A DNA stretch of 64,000 nucleotides from Eledone cirrhosa (Eukaryota): positions 372,001 through 436,000 of the forward strand of contig OZ024741.1 in the NCBI GenBank assembly GCA_964016885.1. The letters are read 5' to 3'. This document shows, piece by piece, positions 55,265-64,000 of the stretch. Positions within the stretch are counted from its first letter, which is position 1, and every line of letters begins with the position of its first letter. The notes under the pieces were generated by a model. It was given only the letters and a program-made list of their open reading frames with translations. It did not search any database and had not been told where the DNA came from. The translations under genes and the position numbers were made by a program.

Positions 55265-58200
55265 GTTCTCATGGTTGGGTGGGAAATGACAGCGGGATGG
55301 GTGTTGTTGGTATACTATTAGCTGACAAATGGGTAGATAAGGTAATCTCAGTGAACAGACTGAACGCAAGAATCATTAAATTCAGACTAGTCCTGAATAA
55401 AACAATTGCCACAATAATATCTGCTTACGCACCCCAATTGAACTTAAGGATATGTTTTACGAGTCCCTAATGCATACTATTGCCCTAACAGGCGACATTG
55501 ACTTCCTAATCATTGCAGGAGACTTTAATGGGCACGTTGGTAAACACTGTGAGGACTTCTATAGTGTCCATGGAGGCTACGGTTTTGGCGCAAGAAATGA
55601 AGAAGGCTTCAGGCTTCTAGAATTCTGTGACACCAATGACATGTCGATATGTAACACAAACTTAAATCCCGACAACCATCTGATCACCTATAGATCAGGG
55701 CAGCATTCTAGTCAGATAGATTTTATCCTCATCAGAGAATGTGATAGATGGGCGGTTGTAAACACAAAAGCCTTCCCTGGCGAGGAATGTACCTCCCAAC
55801 ATAACTTAGTTGTCAGCGACCTCACGGTCAGAACTAGACGAACCTGGAAACAGAAGGCAACCTGGAGAAGAAAGATCTGGAAGCTGAAAGACCCCTCAGC
55901 CAGTAACAGATTTAAAGATATTTTACTCGACAGCTATGACAGTAAAGAAGAACAGATACAGACATTCAATACAGAAGAGCACTGAGAGTTCCTAAAAAAT
56001 AACTTACTGAAGGCGGCGGACGAGATCTGTGTTTGGAGCAAGTCCACAGGGAGGAGGAGAGTGACTTGGTGGTGGAACAATAAGGTAGAGGAGGCAGTTA
56101 AGGCTAAGTGACAGGCATAGAAAGAATGGAAGAACGAGGGAAGCAGGGTACATTACATAGAGACCAAGAGGGAAGCTAGGCCACAAGTATACTTAGCTAG
56201 AAGGGAAGCGGAGGATAGAAAATTCAAGCATCTTATGCAACGTGAGGACCAGAAATAGGAGCTGTTCAAGATTGCGAGGCAGTGTGACAGAGAGAATTGT
56301 GATGTCATTGGAGAGAAGTGTATCCGGAATGATAAAGGTGAGCTTGCCCTCACAAGTGCTGAGAAGAAAGATGCATGGAAGAGCCATTATGAAAGATTAC
56401 TAAATGAGGAGAATGCATGGGGAAAAGAGACCCTACCCCAAGTGGACCCTATAGAAGGGCCAGCAGTACAAGTCAGCAGCAGTGTAGTAAGTAAAGCAAT
56501 CAAAGATATGAAGATGGGGAAGGCAACCGGTCGATCAGGTACGGCTGCCGAAATGCTGAAGGCATCTGGGTCTGTAAGTCACACCATAACCACACGTATT
56601 GTTAACCAGGTAATACTAGAGGGTGTATTACCAGAGGATTGGTGCATCAGCATCATTGTCAACTGCTACAAGGGTAAAGGTGATGCACTAGATAGAGGTA
56701 TAAAGCTGATGAACCAGGTCATGAAAGTAGCAGAAAGAGTAATAGCACAGTTGATTAGGGACCAGGTAAAACTAGATGAGAAGCAATTTGGGTTTATGCC
56801 AGGAAAAGGCACCACTGATGCCCTCTTCCTTGTGAGGCAGTTACAGGAAAAGTACCTAGCTAAAAGTAAACTGCTCTACCTGGTATTTGTTGTGCTATAA
56901 TCTGGTGGGCTCTTAGAAAACTAGGAGTAGATGAATGGCTTATGAAAGCTGTACAAGCCATGTATAGTGGAGCAGTCAGCAAAGTTAGAGTTAGCAATGA
57001 CTATAGTGAGGAATTTAGCATACAGGTCGGTGTCCAGCAGGGCTCTGTTCTTAGCCCTCTCCTGTTCATTATAGTATTGCTGGCAATAACGGAAGAGTTT
57101 AACACCAGATGCCCATGGGAACTCCTATATGCAGATGATCTCGCACTTATAGCTGAATCTATGGTGGAACTAGAGAAGAAATTCCAAACATGGAAGCAGG
57201 GACTAGAAAGAAAGGGTCTCAAAGTCAACCTGACAAAGACTACGTTCTCGTAAGTAGACGAGAAAACAGAACCCAGATCCCCTCAGGGAAATGGCCTTGC
57301 TCAGTATGTAGGAAAGGTGTAAGTAAGAACTCCATCCTCTACCCCAAATGCAAACAATAGGTACACAAGAGATGTAGTGGGATCTCAGGAAGTTTAACTA
57401 AGAATGTAGGCTTCATATGTAGCAGCTGCGCTGGGACAGCAAGCAGCAAACGACCACAGGAAACAAGCACCACCAAACTCTGGGAGAGCTCTGTAGAAAC
57501 AGTAGACAGCTTATGCTACCTAGGTGACTTAGCAGTGGAGCTGGGTGTTCTGAAAGTACAGTAACCAGGGTAAGAACGGGATGGAAATTCAGGGAGCTAC
57601 TGCCACTGCTAGCTGCAAAAGGCTTTTCCCTCAAAATGAGAGGCAGACTGTATGATGCGTGCATACGAACAGCAATGTTACATGGTAGTGAGACCGGGGC
57701 GCTGTCTGTGGAAGACTTGCGTAGATTAGAAAGAAACGAAGCTTGCATGCTCTGATGGATGTGTAATAATGTATAATACGTGAACGGCAAAGCATAAACG
57801 AATTGAGAGTGAGACTGAGCATAAGAGGAATCAAATGCTATGTGCAGGAGAGGAGGTTGTGTTGGTATGGACATGTGATGTGTATGAAGGATGACAGCTT
57901 CATAAAAAGGTGCAGAGCACTAGAAGTTGATGGAAGCCGTGGAGTGGGGGAGACCCAAGAAGACCTAGGATGAGGTGATAAAAGCCGACCTTACCCAATT
58001 ACACCTCTCAAAGGCAATGACACAGGACCGTGACCTCTGGCGTCACGCAGTAAGACAGAATACCCGACTTCCCACGGGTACAAGCTGAAGTTGAAGCACA
58101 TAGACAATATGCCTCCAGCCCCTCCCACTGCAAAGTGGTTGTGGAGGTGCCACAGCAAAAAAGCACCCAGCCCACACTGTAAAGTGGTCCTGTAGGTGCC

Positions 58201-58395
58201 ACAGAAAAAAAAAAACACACAGCACTCACTGTAAATAAGGTTGGTGTTAGGAAAGGCATCCAGCTGTAGAAATCAAGCCAGAATCAGTTCCCGTATGAGT
58301 AAGACAAGGTGAGCCAACCGGGCACTGTCCACAACAGGACAACCCATCTAACCTATGCTAGCGTGGAAGAAGGGATGTAAAACAGTGATGATGAT
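55265..58395 (+). mobile_element. 5'-truncated, decayed RTE-clade LINE (APE endonuclease, RT, Cys-rich finger, 3' UTR with (GAT)n tail)
   Basis: APE motifs GVGILLADKW, ISAYAPQ, IAGDFNGHVG and SQIDFIL. RT motifs QFGFMPGKGTTDA, GVQQGSVLSPLLF and LLYADDLAL. Multiple stops and frameshifts. Ends ...gatgtaaaacagtgatgatgat. Confidence 0.95.
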
Positions 58396-58397
58396 TT

Positions 58398-58606
58398 TGT
58401 AAAGTGGTCGTGTTGGTGACACAACAAAAAGCACCCAGCACACACTGTAAATGTGGTTGGCGTTAGGGAGCCTATCCAGCTGTAGAAACAGCTAAAACCA
58501 GTTGTGTGTGAGCAAAACAAGGCCTGCCAACCTGACTTATCTCACAACAGGACAGAATGTCTAACCCATGCTTGTGTGGAAAATGGACATTAAACAATGA
58601 TGAAGA
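58398..58606 (+). mobile_element. Second RTE-tail/SINE 3' copy directly after the LINE
   Basis: gtaaagtggtcg...aaaaagcacccagcacacactgtaaatgtggttggcgttagggag...atccagctgtagaaac...ctaacccatgcttgtgtggaaaatggacattaaacaatgatga. Confidence 0.8.
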
Positions 58607-58709
58607 TATATATAGAGTCTGTGGTGCTGAAAAAGGCTTGCTGAACACAAGCCAAAACTGCTTGGTGCTACAGTTAAGAATTTACCTATCTTTAAGATAT
58701 ATATATCAA

Positions 58710-59125
58710 CATCATTATCACCATTTAACATCTATTTTTCCATGCTTGCATGTGTTAAACAGGATGTCCACATGAGACAAATCTGGCTAGCTGGCCTTGC
58801 TCAAACAGAACTGTATTTTGGCTGGGATTTTTACAGCTGGATGTCCTTCCTAATACCAACTACGTTTACAGTATGGAACTAGGTGGTCCCATTATGAGGG
58901 AGGTCTGGCCTGATGGCCATGCCATGCATTGCTCATAGTCTTTCTGCTGTGTTTTTACAGCTGCTGAATGCCCTTCCTACCATCAGCCACGTTCTGTGTG
59001 GAACTGAGTGGTCTTGTTATGAAGCAAGTCTGGCCAGATCGCTGCGCTATACCTTGCACATATCAGGATTGCGTGTTGGCTGGATTTTTACGGCTATTGG
59101 ATGCCCTTCCTAACACCAGCCATAT
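58710..59125 (-). mobile_element. Inverted RTE-tail/SINE copy with three iterations of the core (about 58830-58872, 58950-58990, 59075-59125)
   Basis: catcatt...tttaacatctatttttccatgcttgcatg and ttacagctggatgtccttcctaataccaac are reverse complements of the + strand tail motifs. Confidence 0.78.
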
Positions 59126-59127
59126 TT

Positions 59128-59230
59128 CAGTGAGGTCTCTTTCATCAGTAATTGAAGTTATGTGTAAAAGTTCCTCATAGAACCTGTTCTTTTGTTCTTT
59201 ACTCAGTCCTACCTGTGCTGCATAGGTAGA
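59128..59230 (-). mobile_element. Short RTE endonuclease fragment
   Basis: The minus-strand ORF contains STYAAQVGLSKEQKNRFYEELLHITSITDERDL, matching the RTE APE segment 'SAYAPQ.GL....KD.FY..L'. Confidence 0.75.
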
Positions 59231-59244
59231 TGCAATTTGGTGGA

Positions 59245-59412
59245 TTGGCAGTATCGGTAGAGGGTCGGACGCCATGCTTTGACACATAGAGTTATGGCCC
59301 TTGCCATTCTGAGTTCAAATCCCGCCAAGGTTAACTTTGCCTTTCATCTTTATGGGGTCGATAAAATAAAGTACCAGTAATGCCTTGTGCCAAAAGTAGA
59401 AAAATTATTATA
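59245..59412 (+). mobile_element. tRNA-derived SINE (internally deleted) with a conserved core of Deu/Nin type
   Basis: A-box-like tggcagtatcgg, B-box gagttcaaatcc, core ctttgcctttcatctttatggggtcgataaaataaagtaccag, tail gccttgtgccaaaagtagaaaaaattatta. The core-family assignment is from memory. Confidence 0.75.
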
Positions 59413-59862
59413 GTAGTAAACAAACATTGTGTATAATCTTCTTCATATCACATCTAACCATCATAAACAAAATAAGGAGTTCTCACAATACATCAAGATG
59501 TATTTTTATATAACAGGTTACTAAAGTATTTTATAAATCTCTATCAGTAATATTAACTTCAGAGCTATACTATATATGATATAATGTAAAGAATGGGACA
59601 CAGTAAAATGAATGAACAACTTTTAGAATGCATGTGTTTGTGTATATGTATTATATATGGATGTAGGCAGAATTCTAGGGATTTTAGCCCAGGGGCTTCC
59701 AAGAAGAACAACAACTAAACAGACTTGTTCTTATGGCCATTGAAAATAGTTTTCTCAAGAACTTACAGATTTTACATAAGCATCTGAAAAAAGCTGTTTC
59801 TAAGAAATTACACAAACCAAATATTTCAATTTTACTTGTTGGTAGTAACCTCCTTATAAAAT

Positions 59863-59865
<3 letters not shown>

Positions 59866-59896
<31 letters not shown>
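59866..59896. repeat. Poly-T tract (about 31 nt)
   Basis: Directly visible. Confidence 0.9.
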
Positions 59897-59897
<1 letters not shown>

Positions 59898-60177
59898 TTG
59901 TAATATTATTGAGATTTTACAGTACCTGTAAGCCAAAATATTAATGCAGCACTGGTGTGTGTCTGTGTTTACAGATGTGTCTGTAATGTCCTGTTGCTAG
60001 GATAAGCAAATGGAATATTGTTTATTTGAAAGACTGTAGACTGTGATAATTATATTTTTAAAAACAAAATCTAACAGATTCAAACATAGTTTATACCCTT
60101 AATAATTATATAATTCTAAAATGTCTATATCATTATTCAAATACTATATTTTATGCTTATTTTGCTTCTTAAAAATA

Positions 60178-60445
60178 ATGTCTGTGACTAACCCAGGCTC
60201 TGCTGCACTTCAGGCGAAAGAAGGTAAACTCTCCAAATATCTGTCGCTCTCTAACAGGTTTGCAGTCAAGCCCGTAGCAGTGGAGACATCTGGTGTCCTT
60301 GGCCCTATGACCACCTCCCTACTCATCACCATCAGCACAGAGTTGGCTACAAGCAGGTGTGAGCCTTGCAAGTTGGAATGGTTCTTCCAATGCATCTCCC
60401 TCACCATCCTCTGAGGAAACACCTTCTCTGTTCTGTCTGCTGGGG
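60178..60445 (+). mobile_element. Fragment of a CRE-clade (restriction-like endonuclease) non-LTR retrotransposon, C-terminus
   Basis: PGSAALQAKEGKLSKY...FAVKPVAVETSGVLGP...EPCKLEWFFQCISLTIL*GNTFSVL matches the CRE RLE end 'G.AA..AE..K..KY...F.P.A.ET.G..G....F.QR.S.A..RGNA..VL'. Confidence 0.75.
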
Positions 60446-60640
60446 GACGGCCAGCGCATGGGGTCCCATTTGCATATAATAGTGAGAGATGGGGCGAGTG
60501 AGAGAGACAGGCAGTAAGTGAAAGAGAGAGAACATCAACGCACCCACAAACACACACATTTAATAAGACAACAATAGATGTTATAGAATATATGACAGCT
60601 CAAGAAATTTTAATTTTGATCTTTCTCCCTTCCTGTTTAG

Positions 60641-60735
60641 CCATCTTGGCGCCATATGCCTGGCAACAAAAACCATACCATGATTATATACAAGGGCTCA
60701 GATGTGATCAGTTTTAAGAAGTTCAATGAAACAAA
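60641..60735 (+). CDS. ADAM17: ADAM17/TACE-like prodomain exon, 95 bp, phase 0 to 2 (absent from the ORF track)
   Basis: Acceptor ctttctcccttcctgtttag|CCA, donor AA|gtatgt. Translates to PSWRHMPGNKNHTMIIYKGSDVISFKKFNET. The junction IE|PSWRH and M..YK.SD are ADAM17 prodomain hallmarks. Confidence 0.93.
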
Positions 60736-61063
60736 GTATGTCTTTTTTTTTTTTTTATAAATTTTCTGTTTTTTAAAAACTTTATTTTAAATGAGACAAA
60801 TTACAAAAAACACATTATTCTAAAAATGTTTGGATTATTTACCTTCAGACTTAGCCTTTAACTACGTATCTGAGCTAATTTCAATTGGATTTTCAGAATA
60901 CACCTCACTTCATAACCCACCTGACTTTATAATCCACCTCAAATCCACCTTCAAATTTTCAAAAGATTCAGATATTCCAGAGATGATTTTTTTTTATATT
61001 GTTGCAGAATTCAGCCTCAAAAAACTAATTCAGATTATTGAAGGGTGTTTGTTACTAACTGTG

Positions 61064-61236
61064 ACCACTATAACCACCACCACCACTGCCACAACTACTA
61101 CCACCAGAACCACCATCACCATCACCACCACCACCACCACCATCACCAACACCACCACCCTCACCTCCACCATCACCATCACCACTACCAACACTACCAC
61201 TACTACCACCACCATCATCATCACCACCAGAACCAT
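61064..61236. repeat. Imperfect (ACC/ATC/ACT)n trinucleotide microsatellite
   Basis: Directly visible. It produces the spurious poly-Thr, poly-His, poly-Val and poly-Gly ORFs. Confidence 0.92.
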
Positions 61237-61284
61237 TGCTAATGTTGCTACTTTCACATACTATATTTTCCTCCCTTGTTTTAG

Positions 61285-61376
61285 TCAACACTTCTGTGGT
61301 TACATGCCAGCTGTAAACCTCACTGATGAGGAGTACAACCAAACTGTATTAATGGCTGAAATGTATGATAAATCAC
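61285..61376 (+). CDS. ADAM17: ADAM17/TACE-like exon with the cysteine switch, 92 bp, phase 2 to 1
   Basis: Acceptor ttttcctcccttgttttag|T, donor C|gtaagt. Translates to (N)QHFCGYMPAVNLTDEEYNQTVLMAEMYDKS. CGY corresponds to ADAM17 PKVCGY. Confidence 0.88.
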
Positions 61377-61619
61377 GTAAGTCTCACTTTTGTTTTTATT
61401 TCTTTTGTTTTTGTCTATTTTCTGTTGATGGGCTTTGTCATGCAGTAACCCTTTCATTACATGTGTTTCTAATGAAATACAATGTATTTGAATTAATTAA
61501 TGAAATATTTGGAGGGATTTATTAAAATCATTAATCATTTCAATATTATGATACTATTTGCAGCATAACTTAAGAAAAGGTTTTTATATCAAATTATATT
61601 GGAAAATATAATTTTCATC

Positions 61620-62320
61620 TTCTGACACCTGATCAAGAACACACCAGACTGATCAGATCACAGGAAATCTGTCATTGTTTCAGGAAAATCCAGCTGGTTT
61701 CCTTGAACATTTCCTAACCTAGGATGAGTGTTGGGTTCATCACCTTGAGCCAGAGAAACAATCCATGCAGTGGACACACTTCTCACCTGCTCCAAAGAAG
61801 GTCAAGGTTGTTTCATCTGCAGGGAAGGTCATGGCCTCAGTTTTTTGAGATGCAACAGGCATTGTATTTATTGACTATCTTCAAAAGGGCCACAACATCA
61901 ATGGTGAGTACTATGCCAACTTGCTGAGGAAGTTTCGAAAGGCTATCAAGACCAAATGCATAGGAAAACTTACAAAATGGGTCTTGTTTCATCAGGACAA
62001 TGCTGTAGCACACATATCCTTGGTTTCAATGGCTGTTGTGTGTGACTATGGCTTTGAACTGGTTGATCACTCTCCCTATTCTCCTGATTTGGCCCCATCT
62101 GACTTTCATCTGTTCCACAACATGAAAAACTACTATAGCAGTAATGACATCATATCTGCTGTTGATGATCTTTGTTTACCAACCGGATGAAAGCTCTTTT
62201 ATCAATGGCATCCAAGAAGTGTGTGGACTGCAAGGTAGACTATGTTGAAAAGTAAACCTCATTTGGTCACAATCCATGAGCATATCTTGGTTGGCCTATG
62301 AACTTTTCAGCCAACCCTCA
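61620..62320 (+). mobile_element. Decayed Tc1/mariner DNA transposon, 3' half (mariner-type catalytic domain and right end)
   Basis: Frameshifted motifs FLT.DECWVHH, PAPKKVKVVSSAGKVMASVF*D, TINGEYYANLL, LFHQDNA.AH and HSPYSPDLAPSDFHLF. Terminal ...tatgaacttttcagccaaccctca is followed by TA. Confidence 0.9.
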
Positions 62321-62497
62321 TATATCAAAATAATCAACAGTATTCTTTTTTAAACCACAGGTTCAGACATGGCTATTGGCTAAAAAGAATTGTTGGACAA
62401 CCACATAGTTTTAGGCTTGGTCATACTGTTTATCACCTAAGTAAAGTATCTTCTACTATAGCCAGGGACTGACCATCTTATATAGAAATGTATATGT

Positions 62498-62742
62498 ACA
62501 GAAGACCCGACTTCCCACAGGTACAAGCCGAAGCTGAAGCATATAGACAATATGCTCCCACCCCCGCCCACCCAGCACTCACTGTAAATGAGGTTGGTGT
62601 TAGGAAGGGCATCCAGCTGTAGAAATCAAGCCAAAATCAGTTCCCGTATGAGCAAGACATGGTCAGCTGACCTGGCACTGCCCACAACATGACAACCCAT
62701 CTAACTCATGCTAGCATGGAAGAATGGGCGTAAAACAATGAT
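62498..62742 (+). mobile_element. Heavily 5'-truncated copy of the same RTE family 3' end
   Basis: cagaagacccgacttcccacaggtacaagccgaagctgaagcatatagacaatatg... aligns closely with 58056-58395 but lacks the 48-bp-type internal repeats. Confidence 0.88.
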
Positions 62743-62764
62743 ATATGAGTGTGTGTATACAATA

Positions 62765-64000
62765 TACCAGGAGGGATTCAGTGGAGTCCACAGCAGCTAT
62801 AGTTATTGCTCAAGAAATGAAGAGGGACTGAAGCTCCTGGAATTCTGTGATGTAAATGAACTAACTGTTTGCAACACAAGTTACAGAAAACCAATCAGCC
62901 ACTTCATCTATCAATCAGGTGAGCACACAACCCAAATTGATTACTTGTACGACAACAAAATAAATGGACTGTAATAAATACTAAGGCCTTCCTTGGGGAA
63001 GAATGCACTGCCCAGCACAAGTTAGTTAGAGAGAAGCTAGACAACAGGTATACACAACTTGAAGAGAAGCTAAAGAAAGAAAGTTTGCTAATGTCCTGAG
63101 ACATGAGGATCAGAGAGGCGAAGTGTTCTGCATTACAAGGCAGTGTGTTAGTGTGAATTGTGATGTTGGGGGAAAATGTGCTATAAATGAGAGATTGGTG
63201 AATGTTGAGAATGAATGGGAGGAAGAGAAGCTACCCCCAACTTACACAACAGAAGGACCACCAATTGAAGTTGACAGTTATAGGGTTAAAGAAGCAATCA
63301 AGGAGATGAAAAATGGTAAAGCTGCAGAACCATCAGAGATAGTTGCTAAGCTGCTAAAAGCAGCAGAAGTATGAGTAAGACTAGTAACCCACTTAGTCAA
63401 TCAGGTAATACAGGATTGAGTCATACCCAATGACTGGTGCAGCAGTACAATCATAAATTGTTAGAAGAGCAAAGGTGATGCCCTAGAAAGGAGCAACTAT
63501 AGAAGAATAAAACTAATGGACCAAGTTATGAAAGTGATGGACATAGTTATAGCGCAACTAATTAGGGAAAGTCGAATTAGATGAGATGCAGTTTGGTTTC
63601 ATGCCTGGAATAAGTACTGCAGATGCCCTCTTTCTTGGTGACGCAAGAATAAGCCACTATATTTAGCTTTCGGTGGTCTAGAAAAGGCCTTTCAGAGAGT
63701 ACCCCAATCTATTAAATAGGGGTCCTTAAGGAAATTAGGTGTAGAATAATGGTTGGTGAGAACAGTGCAAGCTATGTACTGTCAGCCAAGAGAGAGTAGG
63801 AAATCAAAGAAAAATGGTTCATTAGGATTTGGTTTTTAGCCTACTACTATTCATTATAGTTCCTCAGGCTATAACGGAGGAGTTTAAGACCAGTTGCCCA
63901 TTGGAACTTCTTTATGCAGATGATCGGGTTCTTGTAGTCAAATCCATTAAAGAACTAAAAAATAAGTTCCAACTATGGAAATAAAATTTAGAATCAAATG
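62765..64000 (+). mobile_element. Second, older and internally deleted RTE-clade LINE running off the window end
   Basis: RNEEGLKLLEFCD, TQIDY, KAFLGEECTAQHKLV, EGPPIEV...KNGKAAEPSEIVAKLLKA, MQFGFMPG and ELLYADD. Many stops; colinear with 55265-57250. Confidence 0.92.

Noticed and set aside
56004-58259. Several minus-strand ORFs
   Set aside because: They are antisense shadows of the RTE LINE coding region and its 3' UTR.
13850-61376. Assignment to ADAM10/kuzbanian
   Set aside because: The IE|PSWRH junction, the M.IYK.SD and CGY motifs, and the 89-bp phase 1-to-0 exon fit ADAM17 better. The catalytic domain is outside the window, so orthology still needs a BLAST or phylogeny check.
60830-61525. 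231-aa ORF with a mucin-like poly-Thr tract in frame with the CGY exon; candidate acceptor ttgttgcag at 61007
   Set aside because: The tract is a trinucleotide microsatellite. The acceptor at 61007 is phase 1 in that frame, which is incompatible with the phase-2 upstream exon and gives a stop within about 11 codons.
61724-62190. SETMAR-like domesticated gene
   Set aside because: The sequence is frameshifted with stops, has no SET domain and retains a transposon end, so it is a dead mariner copy.

Overview
Eukaryotic (animal) genomic DNA, most likely an octopus, inferred from RTE/SINE tails of the type '...ctgtaaagtggttgg-gttaggaagggcatccagc...catgctagcatggaa...(gat)n'. The window holds five internal, phase-compatible coding exons of a + strand ADAM17/TACE-like metalloprotease, covering the prodomain up to the cysteine-switch CGY (13850-13979, 15069-15202, 55154-55242, 60641-60735, 61285-61376). 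The signal-peptide exon and the catalytic exons are not seen. About 80% of the window is two satellite arrays in the gene's introns. A 21-bp array of about 12 kb (about 1690-13830) runs in register into the exon acceptor. A 31-bp array of about 39.5 kb fills almost a whole 39,951-bp intron and has layered higher-order repeats (2233-bp, 72-monomer core). The rest is decayed mobile DNA: a CR1 fragment, two RTE LINEs, RTE-tail/SINE copies in both orientations, a tRNA-derived SINE, a CRE-clade fragment and a mariner relic. Nearly all ORF-track entries are repeat artefacts. No CRISPR or prokaryotic system is present.
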